64,000 bases of DNA from Candidatus Woesearchaeota archaeon (GTDB lineage: Archaea > Nanobdellota > Nanobdellia > Woesearchaeales > GW2011-AR4). The DNA lies in NCBI GenBank assembly GCA_018303505.1, contig JAGVYA010000040.1:6809-70808 (forward strand). Direction: 5' to 3'. Position 1 is the first letter of the stretch. Each line of letters opens with the position of its first letter. The translations under genes were made by a program, and so were the position numbers. The notes beneath the pieces were generated by a model that made no database searches, was not told the DNA's origin, and was given only the letters and a program-made list of their open reading frames with translations. Shown piece after piece: positions 39,037 to 48,320 of this stretch.

Positions 39037-39474
39037 ATTTAACCCCCCGTTCTTTAGTTTATTACTTTAAAATGATAAAGGAATTATCATTATATTTAAA
39101 AAATTATCGTTTTTTTTAGGCTTGCGTGGATATTAACCATTTATCCTGTTAAAGTAAGCTAATCTTCTCCTGTTATGCAAGATTATCCTAGCAGTTACAT
39201 GGGCTAAAATAGAAGAAATCCTTCTTTTTGTTATCATTCCGTACTTTGTCTTGAAGCTCGAGTGGAAACTTTCAGAGTGGCTTCTTATGTGATATTCTGT
39301 AAGCCATGACATAACATCAACAAATAAATCCATGTATATGGATTTCCACGCAACGCCAACCTCTCCTTAAATAGTAATTGTTGCAGTAAATTGATATCAT
39401 ATTAAAAGAGAGGGTTAAGGAACATAAACTGCGAGAAGCAAACAACAGCCCCAAGAAATTAAGTGGAGAGAGTC

Positions 39475-41367
39475 TTACTTCACCCTTACAGTCTCCAAAT
39501 TCCTTGGAGCAACTGTCTCTATTCTAAATCCCTTGTGTATAGAGCTTGCTAAATCCAAACATCTTGAGTTCTCTCCATGATTAATTATGACTTTTTTAGG
39601 CCTTGGCTCGCATTTTGCAACAAAGTTCATCAACTGGTTTCTTGAGGAATGCCCGGAAAAGCCTTCAACAGTATGCACATGCATCTTAATCTGGAGCATT
39701 TCCTGCTTGCCGCCGTCTGAAAATGTAAATTCCCTTTCCCCCTGCTGTATCCTTCTTCCCATTGAGCCTTCGCCTTGATAATTTACAAAACCGATTGAAT
39801 TCTTCGGGTTGTCGCAAAGGTGCTTTAGGTATTCAACTGAAGGGCCTCCTGTAAGCATTCCGGATGTTGCTAAAATCACGCAAGATCCTGTATTCTCAAT
39901 AACATCCATTCTTTCCTTTTGAGAGCCAACTCTCTTGAAAATTTCATGCAAAAACGGATTTTGGTCTTTGTGGAAGATCAGCTTTCTGACTGAATTGTTA
40001 AGATATTCCGGATAAGCCGTGTGTATTGCAGTAACATCCCAAACCATTCCATCTATGTAGACTGGGACAGGAGCCATCCTTCCTTCCCTTGCCATTTGCT
40101 CGATTGCAAGCATGACCTCTTGCGCTCTTCCAACTCCCAATGTCGGTATCAAAACTTTGCCATTCCTTTCAACTGTTTCTTTTATTACATTCATTAACTC
40201 CTCATCAGTTTCCTGCCTGTGAGGCATGATATTATCTTTGCCCCCATACGTTGCCTCAAGCATTAAAGTTTCCAGTCTTGGAAACATTGTAACAGCCGGC
40301 TCAAGCAGCAATGTTCTTCCATACTTCTGGTCGCCGGAATACAAAATATTATGCAGCCCATTTCCAACATGCAAGTGAACCATAGCACTGCCTAGTATAT
40401 GCCCTGCATTGTACATTGTCATTCTTACATCTGGGGTGATATCGCTGACTTCATCATACTCAAGTGTTATGGTGTGTTTTACCATTTCTTTAATTTCTTC
40501 TGATGTGAATATGGGGTCAGTGCCGTCTGCTCTTTGTATTTTTATGTAATCAAGCAATAGCAAAGCAGCAACGTCTCTTGATGGCTCTGTGCAATAAACC
40601 GGCCCTTTATAGCCGTATTTAAACAGATAGGGTATAAAGCCGCAATGATCAATATGCGCATGACTTAAGATAACAGCATCCAATTCGCTAATATTAAATT
40701 CCGGCGCATCAAGATAAGGGTATGGCTTGTCATCTGACGCAACATTAATCCCGCAATCCAGTAAAACTCTTGATTCAGGGGTCTGCAAAAATATGCAGCT
40801 TCTTCCAACTTGCCTTCCACTTCCCAAGTATGTAAGCCTTATCCATTCATGTTTCTTTTCCCTTCGCCAGCCGTCATAAATCCTATGGCCTACTTTATCC
40901 AAAAATTTTCTTCTGTAATCGCTGTGCTGGTAAAGAACAGCCCTTATGTTTTCAATTAACTTTGACCTTATTGCAGGCTTTCTCCTTATCAACGGCACCC
41001 ATAATGTCTGCACCCTTATATCCCTTAAGGTTGCTCCTTGCTTGCCTATTGCCAGTCCGGGCTTGTCAGCTTCGACTATTACTCTGCTTCTCTGCGGGTC
41101 AAAAATAACCTGGTCAACTCCTGCTTCTTCGGGGATTATGGAGCGTATTAATCTTTCAGCCTCTTCTGCATCCATTGTAATGCTTGGGTCTGGCCTTAAC
41201 TCAACTCTTTTTTTAATATTGTCAACTATCCTTTTTATAATTCCGTTATTGTTCAAGAAAAAGTCCTTGTCCTTTGTGTACAGGACTATGTTAGCGCCTT
41301 CAAAATTTACATCACTTATCTTATTTTCAGGAAGATTCTTCAGAATTTCCTTAATAATGTCTCCCAT
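39475..41367 (-). CDS. aCPSF1 / FttA: KH-domain beta-CASP metallo-beta-lactamase ribonuclease (archaeal transcription termination factor)
   Basis: Two N-terminal KH domains and an MBL HxHxDH motif (LSHAHIDHCG). Length is 630 aa. Confidence 0.85.
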   Translation of the reverse strand: MGDIIKEILKNLPENKISDVNFEGANIVLYTKDKDFFLNNNGIIKRIVDNIKKRVELRPDPSITMDAEEAERLIRSIIPEEAGVDQVIFDPQRSRVIVEADKPGLAIGKQGATLRDIRVQTLWVPLIRRKPAIRSKLIENIRAVLYQHSDYRRKFLDKVGHRIYDGWRREKKHEWIRLTYLGSGRQVGRSCIFLQTPESRVLLDCGINVASDDKPYPYLDAPEFNISELDAVILSHAHIDHCGFIPYLFKYGYKGPVYCTEPSRDVAALLLLDYIKIQRADGTDPIFTSEEIKEMVKHTITLEYDEVSDITPDVRMTMYNAGHILGSAMVHLHVGNGLHNILYSGDQKYGRTLLLEPAVTMFPRLETLMLEATYGGKDNIMPHRQETDEELMNVIKETVERNGKVLIPTLGVGRAQEVMLAIEQMAREGRMAPVPVYIDGMVWDVTAIHTAYPEYLNNSVRKLIFHKDQNPFLHEIFKRVGSQKERMDVIENTGSCVILATSGMLTGGPSVEYLKHLCDNPKNSIGFVNYQGEGSMGRRIQQGEREFTFSDGGKQEMLQIKMHVHTVEGFSGHSSRNQLMNFVAKCEPRPKKVIINHGENSRCLDLASSIHKGFRIETVAPRNLETVRVK

Positions 41368-41486
41368 TGTTTAGAAATTTATTTAGTTTATTTTTGAGAT
41401 TATTTTTAAATTGATAATTTATTTAATGAATCCTTATAAAATCCGAAAATTATTGAAAAATTTTATTGAATACTTTTATAGAAAAG

Positions 41487-42125
41487 TTATACTTCAATCT
41501 TCAGCTCAAATTCTTTGGAAAATACTTTTTTAACGCCGTCTTTTGTAATGGTGATGATGTCTATTCCATTGCCGGATGCTATATCTCTTTGCACAGCTGC
41601 ATTTATGCTCTTTGCAGCAAGCTTCACACCTTCGTCAATGCTCAAGCCTTTCTTGTACAGTGTTTCCAAAACGCCGAATACCATTACAGAGCCAGAGCCA
41701 GAAGAAATGTAATCGTCAACTTCAACAATTGAGCCGTCAGGGCTCAAATCATAAAGATGAAAGCCGCTTGAATCTTTGCCGCCTACAATGAAATGGGAAA
41801 TGCCCGGTATTAAGCTTAGTTTTCTTATATTGCTGTAGACAAAGTTTGCCAGCAAATTTGCTGCCTCTTTTACGTTTGTTTCTCTGCCTGTCCTTATATC
41901 TTTTAATTTTAGCTCTGCCTTTAAATATTTCGTCAATAACTGCACATCAGAAACAGTTCCTGCCACTGTAACAGCTATATTGTCTGTTACTGATATTATT
42001 TTGTCAAACTTTTTCCATGCTATTAAATATCCGGAAGTTGCCCTTTTGTCTGCAGCTAACACTAAGCCATCTTTGCAAACTAATCCTAAAGTTGTTGTGC
42101 CTGTTTTCAAATCTCTGTTATCCAT
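41487..42125 (-). CDS. psmB: Proteasome beta subunit
   Basis: A propeptide followed by TTTLGLVCKDGLVLAADKRATSG. Length is 212 aa. Confidence 0.85.
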   Translation of the reverse strand: MDNRDLKTGTTTLGLVCKDGLVLAADKRATSGYLIAWKKFDKIISVTDNIAVTVAGTVSDVQLLTKYLKAELKLKDIRTGRETNVKEAANLLANFVYSNIRKLSLIPGISHFIVGGKDSSGFHLYDLSPDGSIVEVDDYISSGSGSVMVFGVLETLYKKGLSIDEGVKLAAKSINAAVQRDIASGNGIDIITITKDGVKKVFSKEFELKIEV

Positions 42126-42515
42126 TTTAAAACCGGAAGAATTTCTTATATGTTTAAGATATTGAGCTTGTATTTAAATGTTGCGGAATCGAAAGCTGAA
42201 AATTAAAGTTTTAAATTAATCTTTGTGGGAAAAAACAGCAAGATATCTTTGTTCTGGGTGTTGTCTTATTTGATCCAAAGCATTTTGTTTTAATCCCTGA
42301 GCCCTGCAATAGGGTATTGTTCCAAGCGAAGCATCAATAAAATATCCGCTTTGGCCTCCAATTTGGTCAGGATAAAACCCATGATTGATTAATGCTTTTT
42401 GCTCAATTGGTGTTAGTAGTGATTTTGGAACCCAGCCAAGTACCAAATCATGTACGCCTGGTTCTCTATTCCAGGTTCAGGAAGTTGATTTATACTTATT
42501 TTTTCCATTTCTTTT

Positions 42516-43286
42516 CTACTTCAAACTTTCCTCAAACAAAACATTTACAGCATTCACAAAGAAAGGGCTGCTTACCCATATTGCAACTTCGTAATCCGGC
42601 GCTACATTGACGTTTGAAACCATGAACAGCATTTCCTTGCTGTCTACACTTACAAAACTTGAATTTGCATTGTATTCAACGTGCTCGATATTTTGCAGCT
42701 TCTTGACAAGAGGCTTATTTTGAGCGGTGTAAAGCCTTGCTTTTATTCCCTTTTTTGAAAAGCTCGGCATGAAATTTTTCAATAATTTTACATTCCTTTC
42801 AGCATGCTCTTGAGTTGACACAATAACAACGCTTGACTTTGATTTTGACAACATATCCTTTACGTACCTGTTAATGCTTGTCCTTCCTACAACTGATTTT
42901 GATATGCTTGAGATATCGATATGCTGCACCCCGGTCTTGTGCAATAACTCCAATTCCTTGAACTCTTCAGTTTCTTTTATGCTTTCAAACTGCGCTGTCA
43001 ATTCATCTGCCTCTTCCTTAATGTTTTTTTTGACTCTGTTAAGTATTACATCAGGCTCAACAGCAAGATATTTTATAGGCTTTCCAATCTTCATAATGAT
43101 AAATCCTTTTTTCTCCAATGATTCAAGAACATCATAGCACCTGCTTCTAGGAACTCCAGAAATATCAGCAAGCTCGCCTGCGGAAGCTATGCCCCTGCTA
43201 AGCAAAGCAGTCCATATCTTAACTTCATAAATATTCAATCTAAAGTGTTTCCTCAAATCCTGCAAAAATTGTTTTTCCTGCTGCAT
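42516..43286 (-). CDS. TrmB-family transcriptional regulator
   Basis: N-terminal wHTH (IYEVKIWTALLSRGIASAGELADISGVPRSRCYDVLESLEKKGF) plus a C-terminal effector domain. Confidence 0.7.
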   Translation of the reverse strand: MQQEKQFLQDLRKHFRLNIYEVKIWTALLSRGIASAGELADISGVPRSRCYDVLESLEKKGFIIMKIGKPIKYLAVEPDVILNRVKKNIKEEADELTAQFESIKETEEFKELELLHKTGVQHIDISSISKSVVGRTSINRYVKDMLSKSKSSVVIVSTQEHAERNVKLLKNFMPSFSKKGIKARLYTAQNKPLVKKLQNIEHVEYNANSSFVSVDSKEMLFMVSNVNVAPDYEVAIWVSSPFFVNAVNVLFEESLK

Positions 43287-43406
43287 TATTGATTAGAAGT
43301 ATTAATTACCTCTATTTAAAGGTTTCTATTATGTAACTACTTTAAAGGGGTTATACTAAAACTTATAGTAATATAATTAATTTTGAAAAAACAATAAGAA
43401 AAAAAT

Positions 43407-44471
43407 TTATCCCCTTCTCCTGAACAAACTTATCACAAGAACAATTCCAACAATTACTGCAACAACCTCTGCAATTATAATTCCTGTTACAAATGCATTG
43501 CTTTTCAAAAAACTTTCTTGAGTTACAGTTGCCCCTGCTGGTGTTTCCTCCACAACTGTTGTTGTGGTTCTGCCTGTTGTTGGTGTTATTACTGCAACTT
43601 CTTCGTCTTCTTCTGTAGTGCTTTCTGTTGTTTCCTTTTTTAATGTTGCGCAATCACTTACTGTCAAGGTTACTGTTTCCTCAGCTTTTTTCCTGTCATT
43701 GTCGTACAATGCCCTTAGAATTATTGGATAACTTCCTGCTTCAGCATCACTAGGAACATTAAAGGTATAAACTTTTGAAAACCTGCTTTCGTCTTCGTTC
43801 GGCTCAGCATCTAAATCGCCAACATCATCTTTCAAATCAATGCCGAAGTCAGAGTTTAATACATGAAAAGTTACATCCTCTTCATCTTCGCTGCCAATGT
43901 TTATTGCTGTTACGCCAACCTGCACATTCTTCCTGTTGCATGAAACCTCAGCTGGGCTCAATGTTTTTCTTGTTATCTTAAGCAAATGGTTTTCTTTCTC
44001 TACCTCAAGCCTTAATCTCATGTCAGCGTCATGGTCTGTTCCATTTTCATCCTCACCTTCAGCATGTATTGTAACATCAAATGTGTCTTCATCTATCTCT
44101 ATAGGCAGCTGGAACTTCAAAGTCACTTTTTTGTCTCTTCCAGCTTTTAAATCAAAATCAGAAGATTCCTCATCCAAGTCATCACCATCATCTACCTCCT
44201 CAATTGTTATTTCAATCGATATATCTTCTATATCTAAATCTTCTGCATCTGTAAAGTTGTTCTTAACCTCAACCCTGAACTCAACTGTATCACCTGGCTC
44301 TGCTTCGTCATCAATTGTGTCACCATCATTTAGGTTCTTTGATGTTTTGCTGCCTACCTTTACATCAACATCAGAAAAGCTTAATCTTGGAGTTGCAGCA
44401 TAAGCTATGCCTGCCAAAAATACAAATACAATAAAGCTTAATAAAAATACCCTTAAACTTATCTTAACCAT
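43407..44471 (-). CDS. Acidic cell-surface protein with an N-terminal signal peptide and a C-terminal TM anchor (RRRG tail)
   Basis: Signal peptide, Asp/Glu-rich repeats, a Thr-rich linker and a C-terminal hydrophobic helix. Confidence 0.5.
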   Translation of the reverse strand: MVKISLRVFLLSFIVFVFLAGIAYAATPRLSFSDVDVKVGSKTSKNLNDGDTIDDEAEPGDTVEFRVEVKNNFTDAEDLDIEDISIEITIEEVDDGDDLDEESSDFDLKAGRDKKVTLKFQLPIEIDEDTFDVTIHAEGEDENGTDHDADMRLRLEVEKENHLLKITRKTLSPAEVSCNRKNVQVGVTAINIGSEDEEDVTFHVLNSDFGIDLKDDVGDLDAEPNEDESRFSKVYTFNVPSDAEAGSYPIILRALYDNDRKKAEETVTLTVSDCATLKKETTESTTEEDEEVAVITPTTGRTTTTVVEETPAGATVTQESFLKSNAFVTGIIIAEVVAVIVGIVLVISLFRRRG

Positions 44472-44584
44472 TTTACCTATGCAAAAAGCCCCTACTATTT
44501 AAATTTTTTGCTATTTTCTAATAGTAACGTTAGAAGGATATGAGATTTAGGGCAAGCAATAAAAACAAAGCTTAACGTGCCCAT

Positions 44585-45217
44585 ATGAACTATTTTTCAA
44601 ATCAGCAGAAAGTTTATAAATCTTCTTCTAATTTTATTTTTATGGTTGGCAATATCCCGAATTTCACAAAAATTGATATCTTAAGATGCTTTCTAAGGTT
44701 CAATAAAAATATCGGAAGACAGGAACTTGCAAAAGAACTTGAGATTGGAGAAGGCACTGTAAGGACGATACTTGAAATGCTGAAATCCAGAAAACTGCTT
44801 GATTCAACAAAAAAGGGGCATTTTTTGAGCAGAAAGGGGGAAGAAATGTTAAATCAAATTAATAATGTTGTGAAAATTACGAAAAACATAGCAAGCAAAA
44901 ATCTCTACCCTGATTTTAAGAAAATTGGAGTATTGTTAGAATATGGCTCCAGCTTAAAAGAGTTGTATAAACTGAGGGACATAGCAGTGAAACATGGCGC
45001 TGATGGAGCCCTGATCTTAAAATTTGATAAAAAGCTTTATGCACCAGAGTCCGATTTTGGGCAGGACTACAAAGAACTGGAAAAATTATTTAATTTTAAG
45101 AATGATGACGTGCTGGTTATTGCTTTTTCAAATGAAAAAAGAAAAGCGGAAAATGGAGCTCTTGCGATTGCAATGGAACTGAATGAAACATTAAAAAAGT
45201 TTATAAGCGAATTTTGA
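44585..45217 (+). CDS. Winged-helix domain protein (putative regulator), hypothetical
   Basis: GRQELAKELEIGEGTVRTILEMLKSRKLL resembles a MarR-type HTH. The rest is unassigned. Confidence 0.4.
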   Translation: MNYFSNQQKVYKSSSNFIFMVGNIPNFTKIDILRCFLRFNKNIGRQELAKELEIGEGTVRTILEMLKSRKLLDSTKKGHFLSRKGEEMLNQINNVVKITKNIASKNLYPDFKKIGVLLEYGSSLKELYKLRDIAVKHGADGALILKFDKKLYAPESDFGQDYKELEKLFNFKNDDVLVIAFSNEKRKAENGALAIAMELNETLKKFISEF

Positions 45218-45229
45218 AAAAGAGTTAAT

Positions 45230-46117
45230 ATGCTGATTATAAGCTGTTCGCATGGGAAGCATTTAGGCTATTTAATAGCGGGAAGATTGCATAAAAAATA
45301 TTCTAATTTAATAGTTAATAAGTTTCCGGACCATGAATTGCGCATCAGGTTTGAGGTTGACTTAAAAAATAAGAATGTTGTTTTAGTGCAATCCTTTTAT
45401 GGAAATGTTAGCGATTGCATTATTGAAATAATCTTAGCAGCTAAAACAGCTAAAGAATTAGGAGCAAGAAGAGTGATGCTAATTGCTCCTTATTTTCCTT
45501 ATATGCGGCAGGACAAAAGATTTCATAAAGGCGAAGCTGTGAGCCAACATATAATCGCAGACTTGATTGACAAGTATTTTGATGCTGTTTATTTAATGGA
45601 CCCGCATTTGCACAGAAAAAACAAACTGGAAAATGTGTTTAAAATAAAATCGAAAAAATTAACTGCTAATTCTTTGATTGCGGATTATATCAAAAAACAC
45701 ATAAAAAATCCTGTGATTATTGGCCCTGATGAAGAGAGCTATAAATGGGCAAAAAATGTTGCTGAAATGCTTAATGTTGAATCAGGAATATTAAAGAAAA
45801 AAAGGTATTCTCCCTATCATGTTGAAGTGAAATTGAACAAAAAGATTGATTTAAAAGATAAAAATGTCGTTATTGTTGACGACATTGTAAGCACAGGCCA
45901 TACAATCTTGGAGACAGCAAAAATTCTTAAAAAATTAGGCGCAAAAAATATTTATTGCATTTGTGCACATGGAATTTTTGTTAATGACGCTTTTAAAAAA
46001 TTGAATAAAGCAGGAGTTAAAGTTGTTTCTACTAATACAATACCAAATAAGGCGGCTAAGATTGAGGTGAGTGGTGTGATTGCTAGCTCTTTGAAACAGT
46101 TTTTACTTAACCGCTAA
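45230..46117 (+). CDS. prs: Ribose-phosphate pyrophosphokinase (PRPP synthetase)
   Basis: PRPP-binding loop VVIVDDIVSTGHTILETAK. Length is 295 aa. Confidence 0.8.
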   Translation: MLIISCSHGKHLGYLIAGRLHKKYSNLIVNKFPDHELRIRFEVDLKNKNVVLVQSFYGNVSDCIIEIILAAKTAKELGARRVMLIAPYFPYMRQDKRFHKGEAVSQHIIADLIDKYFDAVYLMDPHLHRKNKLENVFKIKSKKLTANSLIADYIKKHIKNPVIIGPDEESYKWAKNVAEMLNVESGILKKKRYSPYHVEVKLNKKIDLKDKNVVIVDDIVSTGHTILETAKILKKLGAKNIYCICAHGIFVNDAFKKLNKAGVKVVSTNTIPNKAAKIEVSGVIASSLKQFLLNR

Positions 46118-46174
46118 ACTGAAAAAATTTATAAAAACAGCAAGATTAGCTCTTAGATATAAGACAATTCATTA

Positions 46175-46492
46175 TTGAAATGGGGTGGTTATACTTATAA
46201 AATGTTACGAATGTATTCATTGCGTATGTCTGATTCTATAAGAATCAATGGTCCTTGTGTTAATATTGAAGTCATTGTACGAGAAATCAGCAAAAATAGA
46301 AAGGATAGGACAGGACAAATAGAAGTTCTAGGCAGCCCATTTATAGCGGAAGGTTCATACATTGGGGTGTCAAAGCATAAAGAAATTGCATTAGCGCCCG
46401 GTATTAGTGTAAAAGTTGCTGATAGGACGTCTTCTAATAATTATCTTAGGTTATATTTTGAGAATATTTCCCCAGGTTATGCTATTAAATAA
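46175..46492 (+). CDS. Hypothetical protein
   Basis: ORF only. Confidence 0.3.
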   Translation: MKWGGYTYKMLRMYSLRMSDSIRINGPCVNIEVIVREISKNRKDRTGQIEVLGSPFIAEGSYIGVSKHKEIALAPGISVKVADRTSSNNYLRLYFENISPGYAIK

Positions 46493-46531
46493 CATTACAA
46501 TAAATGATGCCAGTAAATAAATAAGAATATT

Positions 46532-48022
46532 TTAGTACCCCTTCCCAAACACTGCCCAGAATTTAGCTTCTTTTCCGCATTGAACACAATTTCCTTTTGC
46601 AGCTTTCTGCTCAAATGGAATGCATCTGCAGGTTGCTCCCTCTGTTTTGTTTTTTATAGAACTTTCACATTCATCGTGTCCACAGAATAATGCTTTAGCC
46701 ATTTTTTTGCTTTTTATAACATTTACAAAATCATTAAAGTTATGCACTTCAACAGTGCTTTTGGTTAAATATTCTTTTGCTTTTTTGAATAGATTATCCT
46801 GTATCTCATTCAATGTTTGCTCAACTTTTTTTTCCAAATCTTTTGTTTTGATTGTGGTTTTTTCATTATTGTCCCTTCTGGCTAAAACAAGCTGCTCAGC
46901 CTCAACATCTTTTGGGCCAATCTCTATCCTTAATGGCACTCCTTTTAGCTCCCATTCATTGAATTTCCAGCCCGGTGTGTAGCCGTCCCTGTCGTCAAGC
47001 TCAACACTATAATTTTTGGCTTTTAATTTTTTGACTATTTCCTTGGCTTTTGCAATAATATTCTCCTTATTTTCCTTGAAGACAATCGGCACAATAACAA
47101 TATGCACTGGGGCTATTTTTGGGGGCAAAACCAATCCTTTGTCATCCCCATGGGCCATGACAATAGCCCCTATTGTTCTCGTGCTTAACCCCCAGGATGT
47201 CTGCCATACATATTTCTCTTTTTCATCCTTATCCAAGAATTTTATGTCAAATACTTTTGCGAAATTCTGCCCAAGCAAATGGCTTGTGCCCATCTGCAAT
47301 GCCTTGCCATCAGGCATAAATGCTTCAACTGTTGTTGTGTAGTCAGCGCCAGCAAACTTTTCCTTGTCAGTTTTTTTGCCTGCAATGACTGGGATTGCCA
47401 TGAAATTTTCAATCAAATCAACGTATTCAAACAGCTGCTGCATTACTTCTCTTTCAGCGTCTTCTCTTGTTGCATGCGCTGTATGGCCTTCCTGCCATAA
47501 AAATTCTCTTGTTCTTAAGAAAGGCTTTGCGTGCTTGAACTCCCACCTTACAACAGAATTCCACTGGTTTAAAAGCAATGGCAAGTCTCTCCAAGATCTA
47601 ATCCATTTTGCATAGCTTTCATACATAATTGTTTCTGATGTAGGCCTTATGGCTAATTTTTCATTTAATTCTGTGTCACCAGCTTTTGTAACCCATGCGA
47701 CTTCTGGATTAAATCCTTTAACATGCTCTGCTTCTTTCTTTAGCAAGCTTTCCGGTATGAACATAGGAAAATAGCAGTTTTTGTGCCCTGACCTTTTTAT
47801 TTTATCGTCAAAAATTTTCTGGATTTTCTCCCAGATTGAATAAGAATTTGGCTTGAAGATAATGCAGCCTGATACAGAAGAGTAATCAATCATGTCTGCC
47901 TTTAAGACTATCTGGTTGTACCACTCGTTAAAGCCTTCTGATTTTTTTACCGATAAGCCAGCGACTTGTGAGCGAGTTTCGCTTCGCTCACTCGCATTCG
48001 ACTGTTCTTCTTTTTGTTCCAT
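46532..48022 (-). CDS. proS: Prolyl-tRNA synthetase, archaeal/eukaryal type, with an N-terminal extension of about 28 aa encoded by a GC-rich hairpin-forming segment
   Basis: Class II motifs and the C-terminal zinc-binding CGHDECES...C. The canonical start region ...EGFNEWYNQIV is preceded by MEQKEEQSNASERSETRSQVAGLSVKKS. Confidence 0.85.
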   Translation of the reverse strand: MEQKEEQSNASERSETRSQVAGLSVKKSEGFNEWYNQIVLKADMIDYSSVSGCIIFKPNSYSIWEKIQKIFDDKIKRSGHKNCYFPMFIPESLLKKEAEHVKGFNPEVAWVTKAGDTELNEKLAIRPTSETIMYESYAKWIRSWRDLPLLLNQWNSVVRWEFKHAKPFLRTREFLWQEGHTAHATREDAEREVMQQLFEYVDLIENFMAIPVIAGKKTDKEKFAGADYTTTVEAFMPDGKALQMGTSHLLGQNFAKVFDIKFLDKDEKEKYVWQTSWGLSTRTIGAIVMAHGDDKGLVLPPKIAPVHIVIVPIVFKENKENIIAKAKEIVKKLKAKNYSVELDDRDGYTPGWKFNEWELKGVPLRIEIGPKDVEAEQLVLARRDNNEKTTIKTKDLEKKVEQTLNEIQDNLFKKAKEYLTKSTVEVHNFNDFVNVIKSKKMAKALFCGHDECESSIKNKTEGATCRCIPFEQKAAKGNCVQCGKEAKFWAVFGKGY

Positions 48023-48075
48023 TGTATTTTAGACTCTTTATTTGCTTATATAAAGATTTTGGTTATTAATAAAAA

Positions 48076-48279
48076 TGGGGCTGCGAAGATTCGAACTCCG
48101 GCCACGAGGCTTCTCATAACTGCGAACGAAGTGAGCACTCGAGACTTTATGTCTCGCAAAGACTTGAAAACCTTGCGTTTTCAAGTTCCCAAAAATGCCA
48201 AAGGCATTTTTTAGGACGTCAACTGATTTCGCGGTTGCCCGAACCCCGGATACTGCCAACTATACTACAGCCCCAATCT
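48076..48279 (-). tRNA. tRNA-Pro(CGG) with an intron of about 130 nt at the canonical 37/38 position
   Basis: On the minus strand: acceptor GGGGCTG/CAGCCCC (7/7), canonical D-arm GTAT-AGTTGGCA-GTAT, anticodon stem CGGGG/CCTCG, loop TTCGGG|G, variable loop TGGC, T-arm CGGAG-TTCGAAT-CTTCG, discriminator A. The spliced product is 72 nt. The intron contains at least three clean hairpins (AATGCC-TTT-GGCATT, GAAAAC-GCAAG-GTTTTC, GAGAC-ATAAA-GTCTC). Confidence 0.7.
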
Positions 48280-48320
48280 TTGTGTTTAATCGCGATATTT
48301 AAACATTTTCAAGAAAAATT

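Noticed and set aside
43897-44403. 168-aa Ser-rich plus-strand ORF
   Set aside because: It is the antisense of the acidic surface-protein gene. Asp/Glu codons read in reverse give Ser/Leu runs.
48014-48259. ORFs 48014-48214 (+) and 48038-48259 (-)
   Set aside because: Both overlap the intron-containing tRNA-Pro gene and have no protein-like composition.
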